From Mantamonas sphyraenae STR306 (lineage: Eukaryota; Protista; CRuMs): a stretch of DNA of 64,000 nt. The position numbers and the translations under genes were made by a program. Every line of letters begins with the position of its first letter. The first letter of the stretch is position 1. Positions 43,828 through 57,227 of this stretch are shown here, piece after piece. The notes under the pieces were generated by a model. The model ran no database searches, was not told the origin of the DNA, and saw only the letters and a program-made list of their open reading frames with translations. The stretch lies in NCBI GenBank assembly GCA_026936335.1, contig JAPMXV010000055.1, forward strand, positions 310,001 through 374,000, written 5' to 3'.

Positions 43828-46800
43828 ATGTCTGGCGGATCGCCTCGCTCACCGCGCGTCGTCCGTCCAAGCAAGCCCAAGTCGGGCGTGGCTCGCGCCA
43901 AGATGCGCTACCAGTCATCAACATCACCCTCCTCCTCGCCACGCACCTCCTCCTCCACCACCAACAACATTCAGGCTGAGGACGAGCTGGACGACGCTGG
44001 CGAGCTCGAGGTGCACTCGAACGAAGTCGTACGTTGCACACCGTCTGTAATTCCCCAAGCCCCCGCCGCCCGGCTTTGTCCATGCCCATGCAGCTTTGCA
44101 TTCCCTTCATTTCCTCCCTTTGGGCTGACTCGTCCTCGCCACACTCGTGTGCTCATACACGTCCCGTGCAGATCCGCAAGCAGCAGTCGCTCAAGGAGGC
44201 CACCGCCGATGCCGTCAGCAAAATCAAGCAGCAGAAAGACGCCATCCTTGAGCAGAGCAACAAAAAACCTTTGCAAGGAGTATGTTCAGGTGGTCAACCA
44301 CCCCATCCCGGCCTCGAACCATGGCTATCCCTTCCACATCCCCCTCCACGTCGCCTCGCCCAGTCCCGGCTCCTTGCGCGCCAACGGCTAAAACCCGACT
44401 CCTCCTCACACGCTCCTCACGCCTTCCACAGAGCTCCTCTCTCAAAGCGGCGGCCCTTGGCAAGTCCAGAAAAGACCTGGAGATCAGTGCCTTTGACGAA
44501 ATCGACTTTTCCGTCGCGAAAAAGACCGTGCAAGCCCGCCGCGTCGTGAACAAGCAAGCGCGCATCACCATCCCGCACAGACTCAAGCGCGACCTCGACG
44601 AGGTCAAGCGCTTCAATGCACAACGCCACGACTACAAGAAGGAGTGGATCGTACGCAGGCCCAAGACAGTCGTCAAACAAGCGCCCCGAAGTGCGAAATC
44701 TCGCCTCACCCGCGCCGAGGAGGGCATCCTCAAGGAGCTCCAGCCTGTGCTCGACATTAACCCGGACCTCAAGTCCCAGCCCTCCCGCGAAGTCATTCCC
44801 TTCCGCCCTGTGGCCCCGACCATGCCTCGTGAGAGCTCCGCCGGCTGGCGAAACGCCCTCGAGAACCAGCTTTTCCCGGGTCCCCTCGTGAGCGTTCGCT
44901 CCGATGCCACCACAGAGACAAACACAGCTCTCAATGCGCAACGCCCCACAACGGGCTCGTCCACAACTTCCACCTCCTCATCCTCATCCTCCTCCAGCAG
45001 CGGCAGCAGTGCAAACACAACAACCCTCGAGCTCGACGCTCCCATTACGCAAGACGACCTGCACAACGACGCCACCCACGAGCCACGTGTCACTTTTGGT
45101 GACACGCAGCACGCAGACGAGGACGTGAATGGCTCGCCCGCCTCCCAGGCCGCTGACGACGAGGAGGATCGCGTCTGGGCAAACTCAAATGTCGGCGCAG
45201 ACAGTCTGCCCCTGCAGCTGTTTGACGACAGTACGTTTGAAACGCACACTCCCGAGGAATGGGTTGCCCTCGGCGCGGAACTCGGAGGCACCGCCGCTTG
45301 GTCCCGCTACTTTTCGGTCCACGGCGAGGCCGAGTGGGCCGCATGCCGTGTCCTCGACTATTCCAACGAACAACAGGCCTATCTCGTCGAGTGGAAGGAA
45401 ACGCGCAAGCGCAAGTTTGTCAAGCGTCTCAACCTGCGCTTCGACATCGAAACACAGGAGGCCTTTGAGGAACGCCGCAGGCGCGCCGTCGAACTGCGCA
45501 CCCAAGCCGAGGCCCAGCTGCGCTATCTCCTCCACATCCAGGACCTGGACATGGAAGTGTCGCCCCTCACCGAGGAACAGCTGTCCACCATCATGCATAT
45601 CGTCGCCAGCCAGTACACCGTCGACCAGTTCCCCATCCTCCGCAGACTCACCCAGGAGGTCAAGGACAACTACAACTTTGGCGTGCGCAAAGCCATCTTC
45701 GACTTTGCCTTTCGCGACCCAAAGGTGCGCCGCCATCTGCGCCACCTGCGTCTCCCGGACCCCAACGCAAACACGCCTCCCGTCCCAGACATCGGCGTTG
45801 TCGAACTGCTGCCATACGACTTCCGGGAGCGCCTTGCCGCTTTCCGTGCCATCAGCCTCCTCAACTTGCAGGAGGTTGTGGCCGTGCTCCAGAGCATGAA
45901 CGCAGAGTGGGAGGACATGAGCAACTTTTCGCTGTTCGAGCCCAACATCGACATGCTCTCCCTCGACATGCCCTGCCGCGTCGAGGACTTTGTCCTCCAG
46001 CAGAAGAAGCAGCAAGTCAACGTCCTCAACCGTCTCCGCTACGAGTGGGTCCCTTCCATCTCCTACCTCGTCTTCACCTGGGTCGCAAAGCACTTTGACT
46101 TTTACGAAATCCGCTTCGAACGCTACCAGGCCAACGCCGACCTCCACCGCTTCATGCGCCTCCTCTCCTTGGTCATGCAGCAGCACGTGCGCTCCATCGT
46201 CCTCTCCTCCGTCTCCAAAATCATCCAATTCTTCCTCAGGCTCACCGAGCAGGATTTGTACACAGCCGGCAACAGCGAGCTCGGCCCCGGCGCCAGCGCA
46301 GACAGCAACAACAGGTCGGGCACAGCCGACAAGGATGCCATGCACAGCGTCAACGCAACCGTCGCGCAAAAGGCCCTCTTCACCATGGATCTCATCATCA
46401 CCGACGAGGGCGACATCACAGCACGGCCCACCTTTAAGGAAATTGCTCTGCTCATGGTCGACCTGGTCGAGTCCAGTGTGTCCACCTCCGGTGCCGTGCC
46501 CACCATCGACCATCTCGTCATGTGCAACCTCAACTTGGAGCCCGAGTTTCTCTCGCCGCTCAACATGGACGACCCGCGCATCCGCGAGTCGTGCACCAAG
46601 GTCATGGAAATCATGAAGGACAACGACAAAGGACCCAACTCGGTGGTAGAACTCTACCGCGAGTACACCTACCTGCTCACCATGAACAACAAGGACTATG
46701 CGCGCTCCTTCCAGGCCAAGAAGCCAACGCTTGCCGAGTACGACGCCGAAATCAGCGCACACAAGCAAGCCCTGGAGCGCATTTCCAAGCTCACCTACAA

Positions 46801-49800
46801 CGAGATCAACTTTAGCTTTGCTGTCCTGCGTTGTGCCGAGGTCAAACAGCACCTTCTCATGCGTGCACAGAACATCATCGACCTGTTGCTCAACCAGGTG
46901 GCCCAGACCATCGCCGAGCAGAACGCCGCCCTCTGGGACCGGTTCCAGATCATGGAAAAGGGCATCCTGAAGAACCCCGAGACGCCTGAAGAATGGATCG
47001 AGGTGCGCAAGTACCTACGCGACTGCGAGGATCAGCTCGACGCCGTGGCCGACGACGTCAAGATGATCCAAGACGAGCTCGACTTGCTGGACAAGTTTGC
47101 CTTCATCCTCGAGGATGGCGATTTCCAGCGCTACTGGAACACCATCCTGTGGCCAAAGAACTTTCGCGCAAAGCTGTCGGCAAGGCACGACGTGCTGGGA
47201 TCGGAACGCCAGACGTTTACGCGCACGCTGCGCGACCAGCAGCAACAGTTTGACAGCCACTTGGCCAAGGTGGCTTCGCAGGTGCAAGCGTTTGAAGAGT
47301 ATGGCGACATGAGCCAGGTGGACGCGCACGCAACCACGGTGGAGGATCTGCGCGAGAAACTGGTGGCTGCCGAGGAGAGCGTGCGTACCTTTCAATCACA
47401 CGAGCGTATCTTTGGCCTGGAGCCGACACAGTATCCGCTGCTGGCCAGTGTCCTGGAGGCGTTTGAGCCGTACGCACACCTTTGGACAATTGCAGCCAAC
47501 TTTGCCAGCAACTGGCCCGAGTGGTACGACGGCTCGTTCAATCGCATCGACCCTCAGCGCGTGGAACGCCTGACAAACGAGTGGTACACGGCCATGAAGA
47601 AACTTGTGACGCGCTTCCAGGACAAGGAACAGCCGCTTTCGGTGGCGCAGGACATCAAGCAGCGTCTGGGCGAGTTTAAGATCCATCTGCCGCTGATTCG
47701 CTATCTGCGCAACCCGGGCATGCGTGAGAAGCACTGGGAGTCCATTTCCAAGGTGTTGGGCTATGGATTGCGCCCCACAGACGATCTTACGCTGCGTGAT
47801 CTCATCCGCCAGGGTGTGGAAGCCAACCTGAAGGAGGTCGGCGAGGTGTCGGACCTCGCATCCAAGGAGTACCTGCTCGAAAAGAGTTTGGAGAACATGG
47901 AGAAGGAGTGGAACAACTACCAGCTCGTGTGTGAACGCTACAGTGACGACCACATGGTGCTCAAGGGCGCCGACGAGATCCTCATCAAGTTGGAGGAGCA
48001 GATCATCAAGACGCAGGCAATGCGCGGCTCTCCTTTCATCGAACCATTCAAAGAGCAAGTGCGTGCGTGGGAAGAGAAGTTGTCGCGCACACAGGAGATC
48101 CTGGACGAGTGGTTTGTGTGCCAGCGCAACTGGCTGTACCTGGAGCCCATTTTTGGTTCGCAGGACATCATGCAGCAGTTGCCCACAGAAGCTGAGCGCT
48201 TCCATCGAGTCAACGAGCTGTGGGCGACCATCATGGGCGACGCCTACAAGAACCCGTCGGTGATGGCGGTGGCCGAACGCTACCAGCTGCTGGAAAACAT
48301 CCGCGAGGCAAACAACATCATGGCCACAATCCAAAAGGGCCTGCAGAGCTACCTGGACAGCAAGCGCACCGCGTTCCCGCGCTTCTACTTTCTGTCCAAC
48401 GAGGAGCTCATCGAGATCCTGGCCAAGGCACGTGTGGCCACCGCCGTGCAACCGTACCTGAAGAAGTGTTTCGAGAACATCAAGTCGCTGACGTTTGAGG
48501 CCAACGACACATCGATCACGGCCATGAACAGCGACGAGGGCGAGCAGGTGTTTTTCAACTCGCCCGTGAAGCCGACGCCGTTTGTGGAATACTGGCTTCG
48601 GCAGGTGGAGCAGTCGATGCAAATGGCGGTCAAGTCGTACATCATGGAGTCCATCGAGGCGTTCAACCGCAACCGCAAAGAGGTGTGGGTGCGCGAATGG
48701 CCTGGCCAAGTTGTGCTGGCCGTGAGCCACCTCATGTGGACGATGCAGGTGCAAAAGGCGCTGGGCAACCTGGGTCTCAAGGGACTCAAGACGTTGCAGC
48801 AGAAACTGCAATTGCAGCTGCAGATGGTAATTGACATGGTGCGCGGCAACTTGACACCGTTGCAGCGCATCACCTTGGAGGGTCTGGTGATCATGGACGT
48901 GCACGGCCGCGATGTGCTCAACACGCTTGTGGAACGGCGTGTGGACCACCCGCAAGACTTTGAATGGCTGTCCCAATTCCGCTCGTACTGGGAGGAGAGC
49001 GAAAACACCATCCGTGTGCGCATGGGCAACGCCTCTATCGAGTACGGCTACGAGTACCTGGGCAACACGGGCCGCCTGGTGCACACAAGCCTGACGGACC
49101 GCTGCTACGCCACGCTGATGAACGCGCTGGCCACCAACTATGGCGGCGCACTGGAGGGTCCTGCGGGCACAGGCAAGACGGAAACGACCAAGGACTTGAG
49201 CAAGGCGCTGGCCAAGCAGATCTTTGTCTTCAACTGCTCCGAGGGTCTGGAGGTGGAGAACATGGCCAAGTTCTTCAAGGGCTTGGCCACGGCCGGGTCG
49301 TGGGCTTGCTTCGATGAGTTCAATCGTATCGACGTGGAGGTGTTGTCCGTGGTGGCCCAGCAGATCATGAGCATCCAGAACGCCATTGTGAACAAGACGC
49401 GGCTGCTTCGCTTTGAGGACTCGGACATCAAGCTGAATCCGACGTGTGCCATCTTTATCACGATGAACCCTGGATACACGGGCCGCCACGAACTGCCCGA
49501 TAATCTCAAGGCATTGCTGCGGCCTGTGGCGATGATGGTGCCGGACTTTTCTCAGATTGCCAAGATCATGCTGTTTGCGCAGGGATTTCACGAGCCAGAC
49601 AACCTGGCGCGCAAGATCATCACCACATTCAAGTTGTCGAAGCAGCAGCTGTCGTCGCAGCACCACTACGATTTCGGGATGCGTGCTGTGAAAGCTGTCC
49701 TGAGCGCGGCAGGGACGATGAAGCGGCTGCAGCCGGACGTGTCCGAAGAGGTGCTTGTGTACAGGGCACTCTTGGATTGCAACGTGCCGAAGCTGCTCAT

Positions 49801-52800
49801 GCAGGACATTGGCCTGTTTGAGGGCGTCGTGCAGGATCTGTTCCCCCATCTGCAACGCACGGAAACAGACCGCAGTGTGCTTGTGCAGGAACTGCGCACT
49901 GTGGCGGAGCTTCGTGAGCTGCAGGCCACAGATGCCATGTGCCACAAGAGCGTCCAGCTTTGGGAGACGCTGAGCATCCGTCACGGCGTGATGCTTGTGG
50001 GCGAGACGATGACGGGCAAGACGAGCGTGCTGCACACACTGCACGAGTCGTTGAACAACTTGAAAGAGACGCAGATGGGCAGGCACGTGGTGATGCGCAC
50101 CCTGAATCCCAAGGCCTTTACCGTGGACGAGTTGTACGGTTGGTACGACGAAGTGTCCCACGAATGGCCAGACGGGTTGACGGGCCAGATCACGCGTCCT
50201 TGGAGCGAGGACACGAGCGACACGATGTACTGGCTGGTGTTTGACGGACCCGTCGACTCTCTGTGGATCGAAAACATGAACAGCGCGCTGGACGACAACA
50301 AGAAGCTGTGTCTGACGAGCGGTGAGATCATCCAACTGACGGACAACATCCGCATGATTTTCGAAGTGGGAGATCTCGTGGGAGCATCGCCTGCCACGGT
50401 GAGTCGCTGCGGTATGGTGTACTTTGAGAGCAAGCAGATGGGTTGGCAGCCGTTGGTGACGTCGTGGTTGCAGTACAAGCTGCCTACGAGTGTACGCCAT
50501 CTGGCCAGCCACCTAGAGGGACTGTTCAACCACTTTGTGCCGCCTTGTCTGCTGTTTGTGCGCCAGACGTGCACAGAGTTTGCTCGCACGCGCGATTTGT
50601 CACTCGTCGAGTCGCTGGTGCGCATCCTCCACATCCAGGTGCTGGAGCACGGCGAAACTATGGACGAGGACATGATGGAGCGTTCACTCGAGTGCTGGTT
50701 TGTGTTTGCACTGGTGTGGTCGCTGGGAGGAAGCATCGACCAGCCGTCGCGCGAACGCTTCGACGCGTTTGTGCGAGACTATATCAGTGCAGCACATGCG
50801 CAACATCGCATGACTGCACGCGCGCCTGAACAAGGCACTCTGTACGAGTGCGTGTACGACTCGAACGCAAACGAGTGGGTGCAGTGGGACGTGCCTATGC
50901 CCACGTTTGAGTCCAAGGCCAAGCGCAACGACGAGGAGGAGCAGGACGCAGAGGACCGGGCCTTGGAGGAGGACGAGCATCGCCAAGGGTACGCCAAGAT
51001 GTTGCAGGATGTGATTGTGCCCACGGTGGACACGGTGCGTGCGTCGTACCTGTTTGACATGTTTCTGCGCCACCGTACTCCGGTGCTGTTTGTGGGCCCC
51101 ACCGGCACTGGCAAGACGACCATGGTGCGCGACAAGATGTTGCACCAGATGAAGAGCGGCGAGTACGTCAAGGTGCTGATGCAGTTCACCTCGCACATCA
51201 CGCCCAAGATGACGCGCAGTATCATCGAGCGGCAGCTGAGCAAGAGGCGCAAGGGAGTGATTGGCCCACCGTTGGGACAGCAGGCCGTGGTGTTTGTGGA
51301 CGACCTCAACCTGCCTGCCAAGGACCAGTACGGCTCGCAGCCCCCCATCGAGTTGCTGCGCCAGTGGATGGACCACGGGTACTGGTACGACGACGAAAGG
51401 GCGCAAATCGAGGTGCAGGACATGCAGCTTATTGGCGCCATGGGTCTCGTGGGTGGTGGACGCACAGAGCTGACTGAACGCTTTGTGCGCCACTTTGCAG
51501 TGGTGGCTATCACGGAAGCGTCGGAGGAGAGCTACCAGCTGATGTTCAACGCAATCATGGGCTTTGTGTGCCAACGCTTCAGCGTGGCTGTGCAAGAGGT
51601 GTCGTATGCCATTGTGGCGGCAACGGTGGCGATGTACATGCAGATCCGCACAGATCTGCTGCCAACCCCTGCCAAACCGCACTACACGTTCAACCTGCGC
51701 GATATGTCCAAGGTATTCCATGGCATGGCAGCAGTGACGCCGTCACGTATGGAGCAGGCGCACCAGGCAATCCGTTTGTGGACACACGAGTGCATGCGCG
51801 TGTTTTGCGATCGTCTTGTGGACGACGAAGACAGGATGTATTTCCGCAAGCTGATCAACGATCAGATGCAGACGTACATGGACGTGACGTTGGATGAGGT
51901 GGTGGGAGACAGCACGTTGTTCTACGGTGATTTTATGTCACACGAGCGCAAGGTGTACGACGAGATTCCCAACATGGCGCAGCTGAACAAGGTGGTGGGC
52001 AACGCTTTGAACGAGTTCAACACGCTGAACCCGATCCAGCACATGGATTTGGTGCTGTTCCAGAGCGCGGTGGAGCATCTGGCAAGGATCTCGCGCATTG
52101 TACGACAACCGTACGGCCACGCACTTTTGATCGGCGTGGGAGGCAGCGGACGCAAGAGTCTGGCACGGTTGGCCTGCCACATGGCTGGCTACGAGTTGTT
52201 TGAGATCAACGTCACAAAACACTACGGCATGGACCAGTGGCGTGCAGACGTGAAGCGGCTGCTGCGCAAGGTCGGCGTCGAGGGCACGCAGTGCATGTTT
52301 TTCATCAGCGACAGACAGATCACCAATGACGGCTTTCTGGAAGACATCAACAACATTTTGAACACGGGCGAGGTGCCGAATATCCACAGTGCGGAAGAGA
52401 TGGATGAGCTGCTGACGGCTGTGCGCAGCATCGACGCAGACCGGTTCGCATGGTCGGCAGATGCGAATGCGCAGGTGTACGAGTACTTTGTGGGCAGGTG
52501 CAGGGAAAACATCCATTGTGTGATCTCGCTGAGCGCAGTGCCTGCGTCGGTGTTCCGCAACCGGCTGCGTGAGTACCCCGCGCTTGTGAACTGCTGCACG
52601 ATCGACTACTTCAACGAGTGGCCTCGGGATGCACTGCAGAGCGTTGCACGCCGTGGCGTGGAGTCTCTGAAATTGGACGAAGACCTGAAGGAAGATGTGG
52701 CAGCTGTTGTGGTGCGCCTGCACACGCTGTTTGTGGAAGAGGCCGAGCGATTCCGAGAAGAGCTGAAGCGTCACTACAACCTGTCGCCTGCGCTGTACCT

Positions 52801-55800
52801 TGCGTTCCTGGGGCTGTTTGGCAACATGCTGACGGAGGAGCGGGCCAAGCTGGGTGCTTTGAAGAGCAAGTACATGGACGGCCTTTCGCTGCTGATCGAG
52901 ACAGAGGCGGAGATCACGCGCATGAACGAAGAGCTGAACGAGAAGCAGCCGATGCTGCAGGTGCTGTCAGACGAAGCGGAGAAGATCATGATGGAGCTGG
53001 AAGCAGATCAGGTGGAGGCGGACCAGACGCGACGCATTGTGCAGCAGGAGGAAGCTGAGGCGTTCAAGCAGGCCGAGGCTGCACGAGAGCTTGCGGAGCA
53101 GTGCAAGAACGAGCTGGAAGCGGTGATGCCGGATCTGCTGGATGCAGAGAAGGAGGTGAACAAGCTGAACAAGGATCACATCATTGAGGTGAAGGTGCTG
53201 AAGCATCCGCCGAGGGGTGTGCGGCTTGTGATGGAGGCGGTGTGCATTATGTTTGGATTGACGGACAGCAAAGCGGACTACTGGGAGATTGCGCGGTCGA
53301 ACAAGGTGCTGAACAACCCGCGCTTCCTGCAGGACCTGAAGGACTTTGACAGGGACAACATTCCGGAAAAGGTGATCTCGCGAGTGACTCCCTACATCCG
53401 CAACAAGGACTTTACGCCTGCGCGCATGGTCAAAGTGTCGACGGCCATCACGTCGTTGTGTGCATGGGTGCGTGCGATGTACAACTACCACCATGTGCAC
53501 AAGATGGTTGTGCCGAAACAGCAGGCCGCGGCAGAAGCAGAGCGCGCGCTGGAGCTGGTGAACGCAAACGTAGAGCTGAAGCGGCAGGAGATGCGTGAGG
53601 TGGAAGAAAAGATGAACAACCTGCGGCAGATCCACCAAGAGCAGGTTGCACGACGCACGGAACTGGCGGTGGAAATCGAAACGTGCGAGCGCAAGATCAA
53701 CCGTGCGCTGAACTTGATGGAAGGTCTGAAGAGCGAGAAGCAAAGGTGGGAGAAGGAGGCGAAGCGGCTTAGCGAGCGGTCGCGTTGCCTGGTTGGCGAC
53801 GTGTTGCTGGCGAGCGGGATGATCAGTCTGCTGGGCCCGATGAGCTGGGAGGTGCGCGTGCAGTGCGTGAGCAGGTGGAAGGAGGCGCTGGAGGATGTGC
53901 ACATTCTGTACAGCGGCGACTTTTCATTGGAACAGACTCTGATGAGCGAAGGCGTGCAGGTGCTGGAGTGGCAACTGAACGGCCTGCCCTCAGATGAGTT
54001 TTCTGTGGACAATGCGATCATTGCACAGCACAGCCCTCGCTGGCCAATCTTTATCGATCCGCAGCTGCAGGCGAGCGGTTGGATCCGCGCAACCGAGGCT
54101 GCCAACGGCCTGGTCGTGTTGAAAATGACGGACGCGGACGTGCTGCCCAAGCTGGAGAATGCGGTGTCGACGGGACTGCCGGTGCTGATCGAGAGCATCG
54201 GGGAGGAGATGGACCCGCTGCTGCAGCCGTTGATCGAGCGACAGGTATTTGCAGATGACGGCCACTCGCTCATTAAGCTGGCGAGCAACTTTATCGAGTA
54301 CGCCCCGGACTTTCGCATGTACATGACGATTGTGAACCCGAACCCGAACTTCACGCCGACGATTGTGGCCAAGGCGAACGTGATCAACTTTTCGGTGACG
54401 CGCGAGGCGCTGGAGGACCAGCTGCAAGGAGTGGTGGTGGCAGCGGAGCGTCCGGATCTGGAGGAGAAGCGCAACGACTTGATGATGAGCAACGCAAACG
54501 ACGCAAGGCTGCTGAAGGAAATCGAAGACGGGATCCTTGTGTCGCTGTTTACGATGCGCGACCGTCTGCTGGACACAGACGACGTGATCCGACAGCTGAA
54601 GCTGTCCAAGAAGACGAGTGCGGACATTGCAGTGCGCATGCAGGAGACTCGTGTGACGCGTCAGGAAATCACCGAGTTTCGGGATGCGTACAAAGAGATT
54701 GCAGTGAGGTCGTGCACGCTGTACTTTGCGCTGAGCGAACTTGCGCTGCTGGACCCGATGTACCAGTACTCGCTGCTTTGGTTTGTGAAGCTGCTGCGCA
54801 AGGCATTGAAACGCGTGGACCGGTCGCTGAGTGAAAGCACGCCTGCATGGAACGAGGCGGTGAAGGCAGAGTTTATGCGCCTGCTGTACAACAGCGTGTG
54901 CCGCTCGCTGTACGAAAAGGACAAGCTTGTGTTTTCGCTGCTCCTGTGCATGCGTGTGATGGCCGAGAGTGAGCCTGTGAACACGAGCGAATGGCGATTC
55001 TTGCTGACGGGCTACCTGCCGGTAAACTTTTCGAGCGCCAACCCGGGCGCTGGGTGGCTTCCGGACGCGGTGTGGAAGAACGTGGAGCAGATGAGCCGAT
55101 TGGAGGCGTTTGCAGGACTGGATGACACTTTTGGCAGCGCGTTGGCAGAGTGGAAGCGGTGGTTTGAGAGCCCGTCGCCCGAGCGCGAGGCACTGCCGCA
55201 GCCGTGGGCAAAGCAGTTGAGCGCTTTCCAGCGCCTGATTGTGCTGCGCACAATGCGACCTGAGCGGTTGACGATCGGCGTGCAGGAGTTTGTGGCAAAG
55301 AATCTGGGCAGCGAGTTTGTGGAGCCGCCTGCGTTTGACCTCGCGAGTTCGTTTGAGGGGTCGGACGAGTGCACGCCGATTGTGTTTTTCCTGTCAAGCG
55401 GGTACGATCCGATGCAGGAGATCACCAATTTTGCGGTGAAGTACAACATGACGAAGCGGTTCACGCCAGTGTCCCTGGGTCGCGGCCGCGAGGCGAATGC
55501 GCTGAATGCGATCAAGAGCGGCATTCGCACGGGCCAGTGGGTGCTGCTTCAGAACTGTCATTTGCTGTTGGGCTGGATGCCTGAACTGGAAAAGGAGATC
55601 AGCCGGTTGGCGGTGGAAAAGCCGGACCGGGAATTTCGCATATGGTTGACGACCAAACCGACGGAGAAGTTCCCGCTGTCGGTGCTGCAGAACAGCGTCA
55701 AGGTGACGATTGAGCCGCCCAAGGGCATCAAGGCGAACGTGAGGCGTACGCTGACGAGCGTGGAGAAGGAGTTTGAGCTTCACGAGGGCGAGGCAGAGTG

Positions 55801-57148
55801 GAAGAAGCTTGTGTTTGCACTGAGCATGTTCCACGCGCAAGTGCAAGAGCGACGCAAGTATGGAGCGATTGGATGGAACGAGCGGTACGAGTTCTCGGAC
55901 ATGGACTTTCGCATCAGCATGCGGCAGATCGGGGTGCTGCTGGAAACGAGCTACGAAACGGGTGTGATCGCGTTTGGGCAAATGCTGCACCTGGTGGGCA
56001 ACATCCACTACGGTGGCAGGGTGACGGACGACCACGATCGACGTTTGCTGCTGAGTTTGTTTTCGCGGTACGCAAACGAAGAGGTTCTGGCGCAAGAGCA
56101 GTATGCGTTTAGCGAGAGCGGATTGTACCATCTGCCGGCAAACGCAGAGACATTGGGCGAGTACCTGTCGTACGTGCGCCAGCTACCTCTGAACGACGAG
56201 CCTGAGGCGTTTGGGCTGCACGCAAACGCGCAGATCACGAGCGCACGGCAGGAGACAAACGCTATGCTGGGTGCCCTGTTGACGATGCAACCGAGCCTGG
56301 TGAGCGCGAGCAGCAGTAGCAGTGGCAAGAAGAAGGATGACAACGAGATCCTGGTGACGGTGAGGACGATTCTGGAAGGGCTGCCTGCGGACTTGGACGT
56401 GGAGAAGATTGTGGAGGAGAACCCGGTGCGATATGAAGATTGCCTGGTGAACGTGATGCTGCAGGAGGTGGTGAAGTACCAGGCACTGCTGAAGCTGATG
56501 AAGGAGAGCCTGCACCAGCTGGAGCTGGCAGAGTTGGGCGAGCAGGTGCTGAGCGCGGAAATCGAGGCTGTGCGAGCGAGTGTGTTCCAAGGCCAGGTTC
56601 CGGAGATGTGGGCGCGTGCGTCGTACCCGAGCACGAAGCGACTGGGCAGTTGGGTGGCAGACCTGCGGGAGCGGGTGGAGTTTTTCCGAGCCTGGGCTGT
56701 CCAGGGCAAGCCGACAGTGTTTTGGTTCAGTGCGCTGTTCATGCCGACCAACTTTTGCAGTGCCGTGCTGCAGAACTATGCACGCAAGTACCGGATTGCT
56801 GTGGATTCGCTGCGGCTGGACTTGGAGATTGTGCAGCGGGAAGTGATGATCAGCCCGAGCGACGGCGTGTACGTGCGCGGTCTGTACCTGGACGGTGCCG
56901 GGTGGGATGCAACGAAGCAAGAACTGTGCGAGAGTGCTGTGGGCGAGGTGACGTGTGCCATGCCGACAATCTGGCTGCGTCCGCGCGACGTGAGTCTGGA
57001 CCGTTCGTTTGAGGGCTACGAGTGTCCTGTGTATCGTGTGTCGGACCGCAAGGAGCTGGTGATGAGTGGTGTGTTGCCGTCGAGGCTTCCGGAGAACCAT
57101 TGGGTTCTGCGGGGAGTGGCGATGTTGACGCAAGTGGACGGTGATTGA
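43828..57148 (+). CDS. DNAH1: Axonemal inner-arm single-headed dynein heavy chain, DNAH1 type; exons 43828-44028, 44172-44279, 44432-57148
   Basis: DNAH1-type N-terminal motif LPLQLFDDSTFETHTPEEW; P-loops GPAGTGKT, GETMTGKT, GPTGTGKT, GVGGSGRK; CFDEFNR; stalk; C-terminal HWVLRGVA. Two phase-0 introns (GTACGT..GCAG, GTATGT..ACAG) give an in-frame 5' end. Confidence 0.92.
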
Positions 57149-57227
57149 AGAGAAATGGAAGAGATTGGAAATTGGGTTGTGTCCTTGATGGTCCCCGGTT
57201 CACTGCTTCCCGTGCAGCTGTTCTTTC

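Noticed and set aside
45185-57133. Long antisense ORFs opposite DNAH1 (e.g. 47396..50512, 1038 aa)
   Set aside because: Same codon-bias shadow effect.
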